Below are positions 1 to 12,600 of a stretch of 64,000 nt of DNA, in pieces (within the stretch, counting starts at the first letter, position 1; each line of letters opens with the position of its first letter). Source of the DNA: Macrostomum lignano (Eukaryota). Position numbers and translations under genes: made by a program. The DNA lies in assembly GCA_002269645.1 (NCBI GenBank), contig NIVC01001756.1, positions 1 to 64,000 of the forward strand. The letters run 5' to 3'. A model generated the notes under the pieces. That model had not been told where the DNA came from, did no database searches, and worked only from the letters and a program-made list of their open reading frames with translations.

Positions 1-281
1 TAATTTGCTTCTTCCGGTCCAGAGCTGTGATGCGCGCAGCTTCCCACAGAATTTTTATTGTCGCCAACTAATTATAGTTTTATGGTTAGGTATGACTCTA
101 TGGTTAGGTATGGTTAGGTATGTCTGCTTTGAATTGGCGGGGAGGGACATTGTTTCTTGGAAAGGCGGAATGGCATAAATGGGAAACATTGTGTCGCTGG
201 GCAATTGAAGTCATGCAGTGCCCGTGGTTCCTTTTATTGACTCATTTCATAATTTCTCTCTTGTCTTATTCTTGCTTCTCA

Positions 282-282
282 T

Positions 283-329
<47 letters not shown>

Positions 330-359
330 TCTCTCTCTCTCTCTTCCTCTCCTCTCTCT

Positions 360-418
<59 letters not shown>

Positions 419-471
419 TCTCCCTCTCTCTAACTCTCTCTCTCTCTCTCTCTCTCTCTCCCCCTCTCTCT

Positions 472-557
<86 letters not shown>

Positions 558-597
558 GTCTCTCTTCCTCTCCCTCTCTCTAACTCTCTCTCTCTCC
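282..597. repeat. (CT)n microsatellite with CTAACT interruptions
   Basis: Directly visible dinucleotide run; explains ORFs 120..473 and 279..650. Confidence 0.95.
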
Positions 598-1384
598 CGC
601 ATTTTTTCTCTGAAATTCACTCTCCATTTCGACCCCCTTTGAGCCTCCATCCCTCCCTTAAGTCTCTCGATCCTGTCAAACCTTTCCTCATCTCAATAAA
701 AAAGCTCAGCTCAGTGTGCATGCTTTTCATTCCCATTATCGTGTCTACTCCGATTTAAACTCATTTTAGTGCCACAATTCATCAACGAAAGTTCTGCTCT
801 ATCTAACTGAGACTGTTCTATCCAAGTAGTTTTACCTGTACAAATAGTTCTTAATATACCCTTATACGACACTATATAAGTCTACTATAGCATTAAATAA
901 TTAAGCACTACCTGAGAGCTAGTCCTTGGTCGTGAGGCTAAAACATGTCAAACAGAGAGAGGTAAATGGGGGGGGGGCGGCGTGCATTAGGGTTGGACAG
1001 CCAAGTCCAGCACCAAATTTGCATTAATTGACTTTGACTCAATAAGCTTGAGCAGAGCGGGTACATGTGTAGGCTTAGTGTGTGGGCGGTGGTGGCTAAC
1101 AAGGAGCTTTAATTCCTTATCTGTGAGCTGGCTTAGTCTCATTTGAGTCTAGATTGCGACCCCTAATGAACCGGCCAAATTATAACCACTGAATACTGAG
1201 ATTGCGGTTGCGGGCGCACTATTAGTTTGTATACAGATTAGCGATCCATATTTGGCTATAGGACTAACTGTTTTATCGATGGCAAACCTTTGATAGAATT
1301 TTTTCAACTGGAAATACAATTATTGAATGTAGTTGTGTGGAGTACAGCTTCCTTTTGCGAATAGTGCCCTGAAAGGGAAGGATA

Positions 1385-1760
1385 GTCAGGGATGAGATAA
1401 AAAGAGAGGGAGTGAGAGTCGGAAGAAGAGAAAGTGGAAGTGAGAGTCAGGAATGAGATTAAAGGGAGAGGAGTCAGAAATGAGTCAGAGAGGGGAAGTG
1501 AGAGTCAGAAATGAGTCAGAGAGTGGCAGTGAGAGTCAGAAATGGGTCAGAGAGTGAATGTGAGAGTTAGAAATGAGTCAGAGAGTGGGAGTGAGGGTCA
1601 GAGAGTCGGCGTGAGAGTCAGAAAAGAGAGAGGAGAGAGGGGAGTGAGATTCAGTAATCAGATTAAAGGAGAGAGAGTCAGAAATGAGAGAGAGGGAGAT
1701 GGGGAAAGTGAGGAGAGAATGTAGGAAGAGTGGGGAATGAAAGTGGGAGAAAGTCCAGCT
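1385..1760. repeat. Degenerate purine-rich repeat (GAGAGTCAGA-like units)
   Basis: Recurrent gagagtcaga/gagtgagagtc motifs; low complexity. Confidence 0.8.
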
Positions 1761-2460
1761 AAGGGCGAGACTCAGACCGGCCGCCCCATTACGAACTCAG
1801 GCGGTGAGTCACGACCGCCTGGCTTCCCGCCAAAGAAGGAATTAATTACTCACATCCCAGTTCCCAAGGGCGCATTTTGCACGGATATTGCGCCTGCCCG
1901 CTTCTCTCCACCTGCTGTCTGTCAGTCAGCAGGTGAAAAAGTTCTCACATAAATTTGAGTCGCCAGTCCCCAACTCCCTTCGTTCAAGTTCCGCGTTGGC
2001 CAACCGGCCAGTCAGCCAGCCAGCCAAATCGCGAAGAGCTCTCTATTTCCATATTAGGTAAGTGCTCGCAGGAAATGTCAATTCTTTCAACTTTTCAATC
2101 GAAACGGGGGGCCAGACTGACAGAAGAAAGTGGGCTTTGCATTGAAGAAGAAATTTGTTTTCCTGTCTCTTATTTCTTTCTTTGCACCCATCGCTCATTC
2201 TGACTCTTATTTTAAGTCAAATAAACTGACTGGCTTGAATTGGACCTCTGCTGCGTGCCCTCGCTTGATGGAATCGCTTCTATAGTCAACCTTAAGCTAC
2301 AAGAAGGCGATGTTTTTGGGGCGAAAACTACTTATGGTAGTAGGCTGTTTTGCAAATGCTATCTAGAAATATTTATCAAATTTATAAGACGGGGCGAGAT
2401 TTGGAGAGATAGAAGTAAAAGAATAAAAGAATTATGATTGATTTGTGGAAAGAAGACAAG

Positions 2461-2740
2461 TTGAGACGAGACGCGACGAGGCTGATGAGATGAGATGGGC
2501 GACTGAGATAAGACGCGATGAGACGCGATGAGATGTGATGGAATATGAGATGAGACGCAATGAGACTAGATGAGATGAGATGGAATGAAATGAGACGCGA
2601 TGAGATTAGGTGAGATAAGATGGAATGAAATGAGACGCGATGAGATTAGATGAGATGATATGGAATGAGATGAGATGCAATGATATAAGGTAAGATAAAG
2701 ACTGAATGAAATGCGGGCTGGATAAGATGAGATGAGGAGC
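2461..2740. repeat. (GATGA)n-derived pentamer repeat
   Basis: Runs of gatgagatgagacgcgatgag. Confidence 0.85.
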
Positions 2741-3351
2741 GCAAGGAAGTTTAGAAAATATGTTAAACAAGGAAATCAAATTTATGTCCTTTGAAGTGTC
2801 AATTTTACTGTTTTATTCCATGGTCGTTGATTCTACTATCAGTAGAATACGTTAGACAGAATATTTCTGTGAGAAACAGGCTGTAACAATTTTTTTACGT
2901 TAACATGTGACGGGAATGAAAATGCTGAAATAGATCTGCTATTCCGCTATTGTCTTGAGTGTATAGATTCGGTAGTAGCTACTCATAGTAAATTAGTACC
3001 AGAGATTGCATTTTTCGTAGCAGAAATTTTTATTACAAATTCAAGCCAGAGAACAAGTACACATGTGATTGATAAGTGATAGTGAAAAAATTAAACTTAT
3101 CAACGATAAAACAAAAAATGATAAACTTTGAATTTGAATCAGAGGCAGTTAGTATGGGAACAAATATTTTTTAGTACAATATTTAATCTGAATCTGTATT
3201 TGTTTGATACAAACTACAATAATTGCGTATGTTTTTGACGCGCAGACGAAAACGGCTGTTAATATTGCGTCATGCTACTACAATATAAGTAGCATAATTT
3301 GCAAAGTAATTTAGCATTACGATAATTTTCAATGCCAAATGACCAGAATAG

Positions 3352-6300
3352 TCACTGAACCACCGACGAGCTGCCGGAAGTGGCGGTGGCGGCGGCCACG
3401 GAGGCCAGGGCGGCCGCGGTGACGTTCGGTGGCGGCCGCGATGGCAGCGCTGGTGGCGGCGCCTGCGGCACCGGCGACAATTTGCGCGTCGATGGCGGCG
3501 CCGGCGGCGGTCTCTGCGGCGCGCCAACGGATGACACTGTCGACGTTGTCGCTGATGTCGAAGCTCCCGACGAGAATCCGACGCCGCTGCTAGCGCCGTA
3601 GCCCCCGATTGCGACTTCACTGAGAACTCGCAGAGCTTCCACCGTGGCCTTGTAGGCTCGAGCGGTTTCCACGCGTCTTGTCGCCTCGGCCTCGGATTCC
3701 TCCATCAGGCTGGCCTGGTCGGAGCAGCTGTACAGCTGCACTGGCAGCGACGTCTTCAGGAATGATCTCAGCTGCGTTGTGGCGGAAGGGGAGCGATTTT
3801 ATTTCAGTGCCTTTGTGGTGGGTATTGGCCTCGCATCTGAATCACTCTCTCTGCAATCACCTCACTCCTCACCCACCTCACTCCTCACTCACCCACTCCT
3901 CAACCACCTCACTCCTCAACCACCTCACTCCTCAACCACCTCACTCCTCAACCACCTCACTCCTCAACCACCTCACTCCTCAACCACCTCACTCCTCAAC
4001 CACCTCACTCCTCAACCACCTCACTCCTCAACCACCTCACTCCTCAACCACCTCACTCCTCAACCACCTCACTCCTCAACCACCTCACTCCTCAACCACC
4101 TCACTCCTCAACCACCTCACTCCTCACCACCTCACTCCTCACCACCTCACTCCTCAACCACCTCACTCCTCAACACCTCACTCCTCAACCACCTCACTCC
4201 TCACCACCTCACTCCTCAACCACCTCACTCCTCAACACCTCACTCCTACCACCTCACTCCTCACCACCTCACTCCTCAACCACCTCACTCCTCACCACCT
4301 CACTCCTCAACCACCTCACTCCTCACCCACCTCACTCCTCAACCACCTCACTCCTCACCCACCTCACTCCTTACCCACCTAACTCCTCACCCACCTCACT
4401 TCTCACCCACCTCACTCCTCACCCACCTCACTCCTCACCCACCTCACCCCTCACCCGCATCATTCCTCAACCACTTCACACATCTTATCCACCTCACTCT
4501 TTACCCACATTCTCTCATCTCGATTCAAAGCAACCCATTCTAGATCCAGACAAACCTCCGTCCTAAACTGTGACATAATTGTAAGAATTAGTCATATTTA
4601 AGACAGAATTTGCACATCCCAAAGCCTACGTCATTAACCACCATGTGAATGATGGTCTTTGGCACAAAGTCTCGTTGCGCTTTGTCCACTATGCGCATGT
4701 AGGATTTGGCCAAACTCCGGATTGTCTCAACTTGACGCTCCATGGACGGGTCCAGGGTTTCCTCCTCTATACTGCTGCTTCTAGCCTGGTTGAGTGCGAG
4801 TTTGATGAGTAAGAGTTGTATTGATCCAATAATTTTATTCTTGGCAGTAATATTAACATAGATATCCGTAGTCTCTGTGACAGGAGAACGAATTATGTAC
4901 GGTGCGGAGGGAGGTGGATGCGGAGTGAGGTGGTTGAGGAGTGAGGTGGGCGAGGAGCGAGGTGGGCGAGGAGTGAGGTGGGTGAGGAGTGAGGTGGTTG
5001 AGGAGTGAGGTGGGTGAGGAGTGAGGTGGGTAAGGAGTGAGGTGGGTAAGGAGTGAGGTGGGTGAGGAGTGAGGTGGGTAAGGAGTGAGGTGGTTGAGGA
5101 GTGAGGTGGGTGAGGAGTGAGGTGGGTGAGGAGTGAGGTGGTTGAGGAGTGAGGTGGGTGAGGAGTGAGGTGGGTAAGGAGTGAGGTGTTTGAGAAACGA
5201 GGTGGGTGAGGGGTGAGGTGGTTGAGGAGTGAGATGGGTGAGGAGTGAGGTGGGTGAGGAGTGAGGTGGGTAAGGAGTGAGGTGGGCGAGGAGTGAGGTG
5301 GTTGCAGAGTGAGGTGGTTGAGGAGTGAGGTGGGTGCGGAGGGAGGTGGATGCGGAGTGAGGTAACAAAGCAAACACTTGCTTGCATTTCTCGCACCTCC
5401 TCTTTCTCCTCCTCGTCACCCTCTGGATAAACTCCAGCGCGAAGCAGCGCCGCCTTCCAAGTGTCGACATCGTCGGCTGACTCGGCCGCAAGCTCCAGAC
5501 TCTTGCAGTCTTTGTACGTGTTTCTGTTCAGGTAATTCAAACGTTTTCTAGATTTAAATTTCACCGTTTCTACTCACAGTAGTTACACTATGACTTTCAA
5601 TACGATGTTTCTATTAGTACTACGAATCTTCAAGTTTTTAATGCAGATCGTAGCTCCAACCTGCCATCAGCGTTGAAGAGCACGATGACGCTTCTTTTGC
5701 TGAACAATCGGTTCTCGCCGTCGCGAACCCGAAGGCCTTCCAAGGGCAGCATGTACTTTTGCTGGCGCTCCTGTATTGCCGCGGTTTAGAAGTTAAGTTG
5801 GTTTTTAGTTACTTTTCGTATACTTGTCAAACAAGCAACAAAAAACTGAACTTTTCATTACATTTCTTCAGTGTTTAGCATTCAGAAGAATTTCAACCAT
5901 TTGAATCTACTCAAGCAGTGTATTTGCTCCTTTCATATCGTTGCGTTTGTATCTGACATTGCCCTATGGAACACTTCTGGCCTTCCTCGTCCAGAGGATG
6001 CGCTCCTATTCTCTCTTTTCTCTCTTCTTTTCTTTTATCTATATTCTCCTCCCTCCTGTCTCTTCTCTCCTCTCTACTCTCTCCTCTCTCCCCTCTGTCC
6101 TCTGTCCTCTCTCTTCTCTCCTCTTTCCCCTCTCCTCTCTCATCTCTCCTCTCTCATCTCTCTTCTCTCCTCTTTCCCCTCTCCTCTCTCATCTCTCATC
6201 TTCCCCCCTCCTCTCTCATCTCTCCTCTCTCATTTCTCCTCTCTCCTCTTTCCCCTCTCCTCTCTCCTCTCTCCCCTCTTCTCTCTCCCCTCTTCTCTCT

Positions 6301-6602
6301 CCCCTCTTCTCTCTCCTTTCTCTCCGGTCTGTCTCTCCGCCTCTACCTTCTAAACTTCACTGCTCTTCCGCTACCCAACCGACGGCAGTTGAAATGTAGC
6401 AGTTGATTCCAGCAGAATTAGAAGGCTCTGATTCTTCATTTTCAAGCGGCGCAAATGCGCAGCGTAGCGAAACTCTAATATTATTCAAGCCTCAGTTGTT
6501 ATAACGCAAAGGCAATGCAATAATAGCTCTGTTTATTATAAGCGAAGTTATAATATTTGCATGTATAGTTATGTATAGTTTCCAAATACAAATGGTAGAG
6601 TG

Positions 6603-6640
<38 letters not shown>

Positions 6641-9600
6641 AAAGGACTTCGTTTAGGCTTTGCCGCCTTTGGCAAAGAAGTAAGACAGAATTGAACGGAA
6701 GTGCAAAGCTTAAAATTAGCTCGTAGCTACATGAGAAACCGTATTTAGACTGAACTGCCTTTTCTGAATAGTTGGTAGCCAATCTTATGTGCAACAATCT
6801 CCAAACTATAGTTCGCTTAGTTCTAAGAGATTATAGATTTCTGTGAGAGTTGCAGTGCAGATTTGGAGAGGTAAGACAGTGGAGAAGAGGAGAGGAGATA
6901 AAAAAGAAAAAAGAAAAGAGGAGATAAAAAGAAAGAACAGGAGGTAAGATAAGAGATTATAAGAGAAGATAAGAGAAGGGACGAGACGAGAGGAGAGAAG
7001 AGGAGAGGAGAGGAGAGGAGAAGAGAGGAGAGGAAAAGAGAGGAGAGGAGGGGAAGAGAGAGGAGAGGAGAGGAGAGGAGAGGCGAGGAGAGGAGAGGAA
7101 AAGAGAGGAGAAGAGAGTAGAGGAGAGGAGAAGAGAGGAGAGGAGAGGAGAGGAGAAGAGAGAAGAGGAGAGGAGAGGAGAGGAGAAGAGAGGAGAGGAG
7201 AGAGGAGAGGAGAGAGGAGAGAGGAGAGGAGAGGAGAGGAGAGGAGAGGAGAGGAGAGGAGAGGAGAGGAGAGGAGAGGAGAGGAGAGGAGAGGAGAGGA
7301 GAGGAGAGGAGAGGAGAGGAGAGGAGAGGAAAGGAGAGGAGAGGTGAGGAGAGGGATGAGAAGAGAGGAGAGGAGAGGAGAGGAGAGGAGAGGAAAGGAG
7401 AGGAGAGGTGAGGAGAGGGGATGAGAAGAGAGGAGAGGAGAGGAGAGGAGAGGAGAGGAGAGGAGAAGAGAGGAGAGAGGAGATAAGAGGAGAGGAGAGG
7501 AGAAGAGAGGAGAGAGGAGAGAGGAGATAAGAGGAGAGGAGAGGAGAAGAGAGGAGAGAGGAGAGAGGAGATAAGAGGAGAGGAGAGGAGAAGAGAGGAG
7601 AGAGGAGAGGAGAGGAGAGGAGAGGAGAGGAGAGGAGAGGAGAGGAGAGGAGAGGAGAGGAGAGGAGAGGAAAGGAGAGGAGAGGTGAGGAGAGGGGATG
7701 AGAAGAGAGGAGAGGAGAGGAGAGGAGAGGAGAGGAGAGGAGAAGAGAGGAGAGAGGAGATAAGAGGAGAGGAGAGGAGAAGAGAGGAGAGAGGAGAGAG
7801 GAGATAAGAGGAGAGGAGAGGAGAAGAGAGGAGAGAGGAGAGAGGAGATAAGAGGAGAGGAGAGGAGAAGAGAGGAGAGAGGAGAGAGGAGAGGAGAGGA
7901 GGGAGAGGAGAGAGAAGAGAGGAGATAAGAGGGGAAGAGACGAGTGGAGAGGAGAGGAGAGAGAGGAGAGGAGAGAGGAGAGAGGAGACGAGAGGAGAGG
8001 AGAGGAGACGAGAGGAGAGGAGAAGAGAGGAGAGAGGAGATAAGAGGAGAGGAGAGGAGACGAGAGGAGAGGAGAGGAGGGGAGAGGAAAGAGAAGAGGA
8101 AGGAGAAGAGGAAAGAGAAGAGAGGAGATAAGAGGAGATTAATAAAAAATTACGCGAGTACCAAAACTGACCTCTTGATCCGCGTACCAAGTGAGACTCT
8201 CAGACGACAGGACGAACCAGCAGCAGCAGCCCCGCATGATGTGCTTGTTATTGATAGTCAGGAAGCCTTTGTGAATCACCTGTTCAAATGAAACAGTGAT
8301 GGTTTGATTGATAAAACATTATAAATCTTTCTTGTAATGCCATAATACCCTGGTATAATAATTTTTACTGCTACAAAATTAATATGGTGATAATTATAAG
8401 ACAGAAAAATACTCGTTAGACATGGTTGATACCTGTTAAACAGAGGGATACCTGTTAGACATGGTGATACATGTTAGATAAGGTGACACCTGTTAGATAA
8501 GGTGATACCTGTTAGATATGGTGATACCTGTTAGACAGAAAGATACCTGTTGGACAGAGTGATACCTGTTAGATATGGTTGATACCTGTTAAACAGAGGG
8601 ATACCTGTTAGACAGAGGGATACCTGTTAGACAGAGGGATACCTGTTAGACATGGTGATACATGTTAGATAAGGTGACACCTGTTAGATAAGGTGATACC
8701 TGTTAGATATGGTGATACCTGTTAGACAGAAAGATACCTGTTGGACAGAGTGATACCTGTTAGATATGGTTGATACCTGTTAAACAGAGGGATACCTGTT
8801 AGACAGAGGGATACCTGTTAGACATGGTGATACATGTTAGATAAGGTGACACCTGTTAGATAAGGTGATACCTGTTAGATATGGTGATACCTGTTAGACA
8901 GAAAGATACCTGTTGGACAGAGTGATACCTGTTAGATATGGTGATACCTGTTAGACAGAAAGATACCTGTTGGACAGAGTGATACCTGTTAGATATGGTG
9001 ATACCTGTTAGACAAGGTGATATCTGTTAGATAAGGTGATACCTGTTAGAAAAGGTGATACCTTTTAGATAAAGTGATACCTGTTAGACAAACTGATACG
9101 TGTTAGATAAGGTGCTACCTACTAGACAGAGGAATACCTGTTAGATAAGATGATACCTGTTAGATAAGATGATACCTGTTAGATATAGTGATACCTGTTA
9201 GATATAGTGATACCTGTTAGACAGAGAGATACCTGTTAGACAAGTGATACCTGTTGAATATGGGGATACCTGTTAGACAGAGAGATACCTGTTAGACATT
9301 GTGAAATAAATTACAGAATAGCTGTTACTTGTTATAAAAGCTTGAAAAGTTCAATTCAACCTGCATTACGCCAATCAAAAAATGGAAACGACAGTATAAA
9401 AATATCTATGATGCGAATCATATTCACATATTCCTCCTGCCTGATAAATGCTTTAGATAGTCATTCGGTGAAACGTCAAGCTAACCTTCACATAGTTTAG
9501 GCACACGCTTGAATTATACAATCAGCATGCACCTGAAAAGTTGACTTAATCTGCACTGAAAATATGGACTATTTTTGTCAACTCTGGATTTAACCGGCCA

Positions 9601-12600
9601 GCGTCAGTATGAAGAGCAGCATGTCAAGGTCAAATTGGTCACCTGATTTCCAACTCGCTCCTTCGTGCGTCTTTCGGTCGATTTTTGGGCGCTGAAATAT
9701 TTGTAAATTAAATTTAGAGATGATTAGTTATAGTTTGAGGCCCGTATGCAAGTAGATTACAGGTAGATTGTAAGTAGATTACAGGTAGATTGTGAGTAGA
9801 TTACAGGTAGATTGTAAGTAGATTACAGGTAGATTGTGAGTAGATTACAGGTAGATTGTAAGTAGATTGCTAGTAGATTGTCAGTAGATTACAGGTAGAT
9901 TACGAGTAGATTACAGGTAGATTGTCAGTAGATTACAGGTAGATTGTAAGTAGATTGCTAGTAGATTGTCAGTAGATTACAGGTAGATTGTACGTAGATT
10001 ACAGGTAGATTGTCAGTAGATTACAGGTAGATTGTAAGTAGATTACAGGTAGATTATGAGTAGATTACAGGTAGATTGTAAGTATATTACAGGTAGATTA
10101 TGAGTAGATTACAGGTAGATTGTAAGTAGATTACAGGTAGATTATGAGTAGATTACAGGTAAATTGTAAGTAGATTGCTAGTAGATTGTCAGTAGATTAC
10201 AGGTACATTGTCAGTAGATTACAGGTAGATTGTCAGTAGATTACAGGTAGATTGTCAGTGGATTACAGGTAGATTGTCAGTAGATTAAAGGTAGATTATG
10301 AGTAAATTGCAGGTAGATTGTAAGTAGATTGCAGGTAGATTACGAGTAGATTTTCAGTAGATTGCTGGTAGATTGTCAGTAGATTACAGGTAGATTATGA
10401 GTAGATTGCAGGTAGATTGTAAGTAGATTGCAGGTAGATTACAGGTAGATTGTCAGTAGATTACAGGTAGATTGTCAGTAGATTACTAGTATATTGTCAG
10501 TAGATTACAGGTAGATTTCAGTAGATTACAGGTAGATTGTCAGTAGATTACAGGTAGATTGTCAGTAGATTACAGGTAGATTGTCAGTAGATTACAGGTA
10601 GATTGTCAGTGGATTACAGGTAGATTGTAAGTAGATTACAGGTAGATTGTAAGTAGATTACAGGTAGATTGTCAGTAGATTACAGGTAGATTACGAGTAG
10701 AATACAGGAAGATTGTCAGTGGATTACAGGTAGATTAGGAGTAGATTACAGGTAGATTACTCAGGCTAAACCCTTAATCCTTACTTAACGAATCCGATAA
10801 AGTCCTCGTGATTAGTATTGATATACCCCAGCTGGATGTCCATAGTCAGCATCAGCTGAGACTTAGCTTCCACTTCTCTTTCGCGAATCCTAGCGCTGAC
10901 GATGCCTTCGACTGTCTCCCGGAGGCGAGGGTAGCTGCGCATCTCGTGGGCGCATTTGTGCACCACTGAGCCCAGCTCTGCTGTCACCAGCTCTACGCAG
11001 CGCAGCGTTGGCTCTTTTAGGCGGCCAATTTGTTGGCGAACCACCGTTTCAAATGCCAAGTCAGGCGTGAATAAACCCGTTCTGGGGTGGTGGATAGGGT
11101 TTGGGTTGTGTGTTAAAGTTTAGGGTTGTGGGTTGGTGTGGTGGGTTAGGGTTTGGTGTGGTGGATTAGAGTTTGGGGTGGTGGGTTAGGGTTTGGGGTA
11201 GTGGGTTAGGGTTTGGGGTGGTGGGTTAGGTTTGGGGTAGTGGGTTAGGGTTTGGTGTGTTGGGTTAGGGTTTGGGGATGTGGGTTAGGGTTTGGTGTGG
11301 TGTGGTGGGTTAGGGTTTGGGGTGGTGGGTTAGGGTTTGGGGTGGTGGGTTAGGGTTTGGGGTGGTGGGTTAGGGTTTGGTGTGTTGGGTTAGGGTTTGG
11401 TTGTGGTGGGTTAGGGTTTGGGTGGTGGATTAGGGTTTGGTGTGTTGGGTTAGGGTTTGGGGTGGTGGGTTAGGGTTTGGGGTGGTGGGTTAGGGTTTGG
11501 GGAGGTTGGTTAGGGTTTGGGGTGGTGGTTAGGGTTTGGGGTGGTGGGTTAGGGTTTGGGGTGGTGGGTTAGGGTTTGGGGTGGTGGTTAGGGTGTGGGG
11601 TGGGAGATAAGAGTCAGGTTACTTGGTGGCGCGTTGAGCTCTATTTAATTCGGTTAAATGTGCAAAATTGTTAGATAAGGAGGGGAGTGATGACACTGAG
11701 TTGTTCAGCTAATTTGGTAAAGAAAACGATTTGTAATTTTTGGTCGAAAATAAAGGTCTTGGCTAGGTTCAGCCAAATAATAAAATTCTGATTGCATCTG
11801 GTGGCGGATCACATGCCTGGGGGTATCGCAGTTAAAATAGCTGACAAAACCATTTATAGTAATTATCTCTGTTTAAAATTTGTCATATCAAAGATAGAGA
11901 CAGGCTGCAATAAAATGGCAATTGACAGTGCACCTCACCGAATGCCGTGAATATTTCTAATTGCAAATTTAATCTCCCGTCTAAGTTCGTGTTCGTCCGA
12001 TTCAGTCTGAAAAAAAATAAAGTAAGTATGGCACATTCATAGTGAAACTGTTACATATAATGTAATGCTGCAGTATACCCATCTGTTACAAGTGAGGCTA
12101 CAGTTTAACAGTAGGAATACCAAGCCATTTTTCCGCCCGTCGAACTACCAAGAGGGGGGGAAAAATTTCCCCCCCCTGACAATTTTTTTTGCTGCGCCGG
12201 AACGGAGCAACGCAGGCACACAAAATTCAAGAACACGGGCTAACTTTTTGTTGCGCACCTTCTCAAACAAGAATCAAGTCGCCAACCCTCCGGACCGTCG
12301 AGATATTCGACGATTCTGCCAGAAGGTCGGATTTTTCCCATAAGCGCTAGTGTATTCAGTATACCCCTGTGCGCCAAATAGCACTGCGCCTCAGTGCAGC
12401 CTTGCCAAGTCTCCAAATTTCATCAGCACGTCGACCAAATGTGTCTGCATCAGCTCTGACTTCGTTGGTTACTGGCCTTCACCAAGACGGAGCTTCTAGA
12501 CCTTCAACAGGTGGCACCAGGTGACTATGAACACCTTGATACGAATTTCTCTAGTTTCGCCGATCAAGCCTCGACAGTAGGCAAGCCTCAACTGCCAGAC

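Noticed and set aside
960-2200. Enhancer or non-coding exon (octamer, AP-1 and TAAT motifs; GTAAGT at ~2058)
   Set aside because: Short motifs are expected by chance; no conservation or expression evidence is available.
4905-5362. Similarity of the 16-mer to the human minisatellite core / Chi-like sequence (GGAGGTGGGCAGG)
   Set aside because: Short G-rich resemblance that is easily convergent; no testable link from sequence alone.
9361-9535. Extra dynamin exon after the ttttcag acceptor
   Set aside because: All frames stop early, and exons 8 and 9 already join in frame as ..VGNQ|VIHKG..
11084-11600. True telomere or chromosome fusion site
   Set aside because: TTAGGG occurs singly within ~20-bp units, not as tandem hexamers, and lies in an intron of an intact gene.
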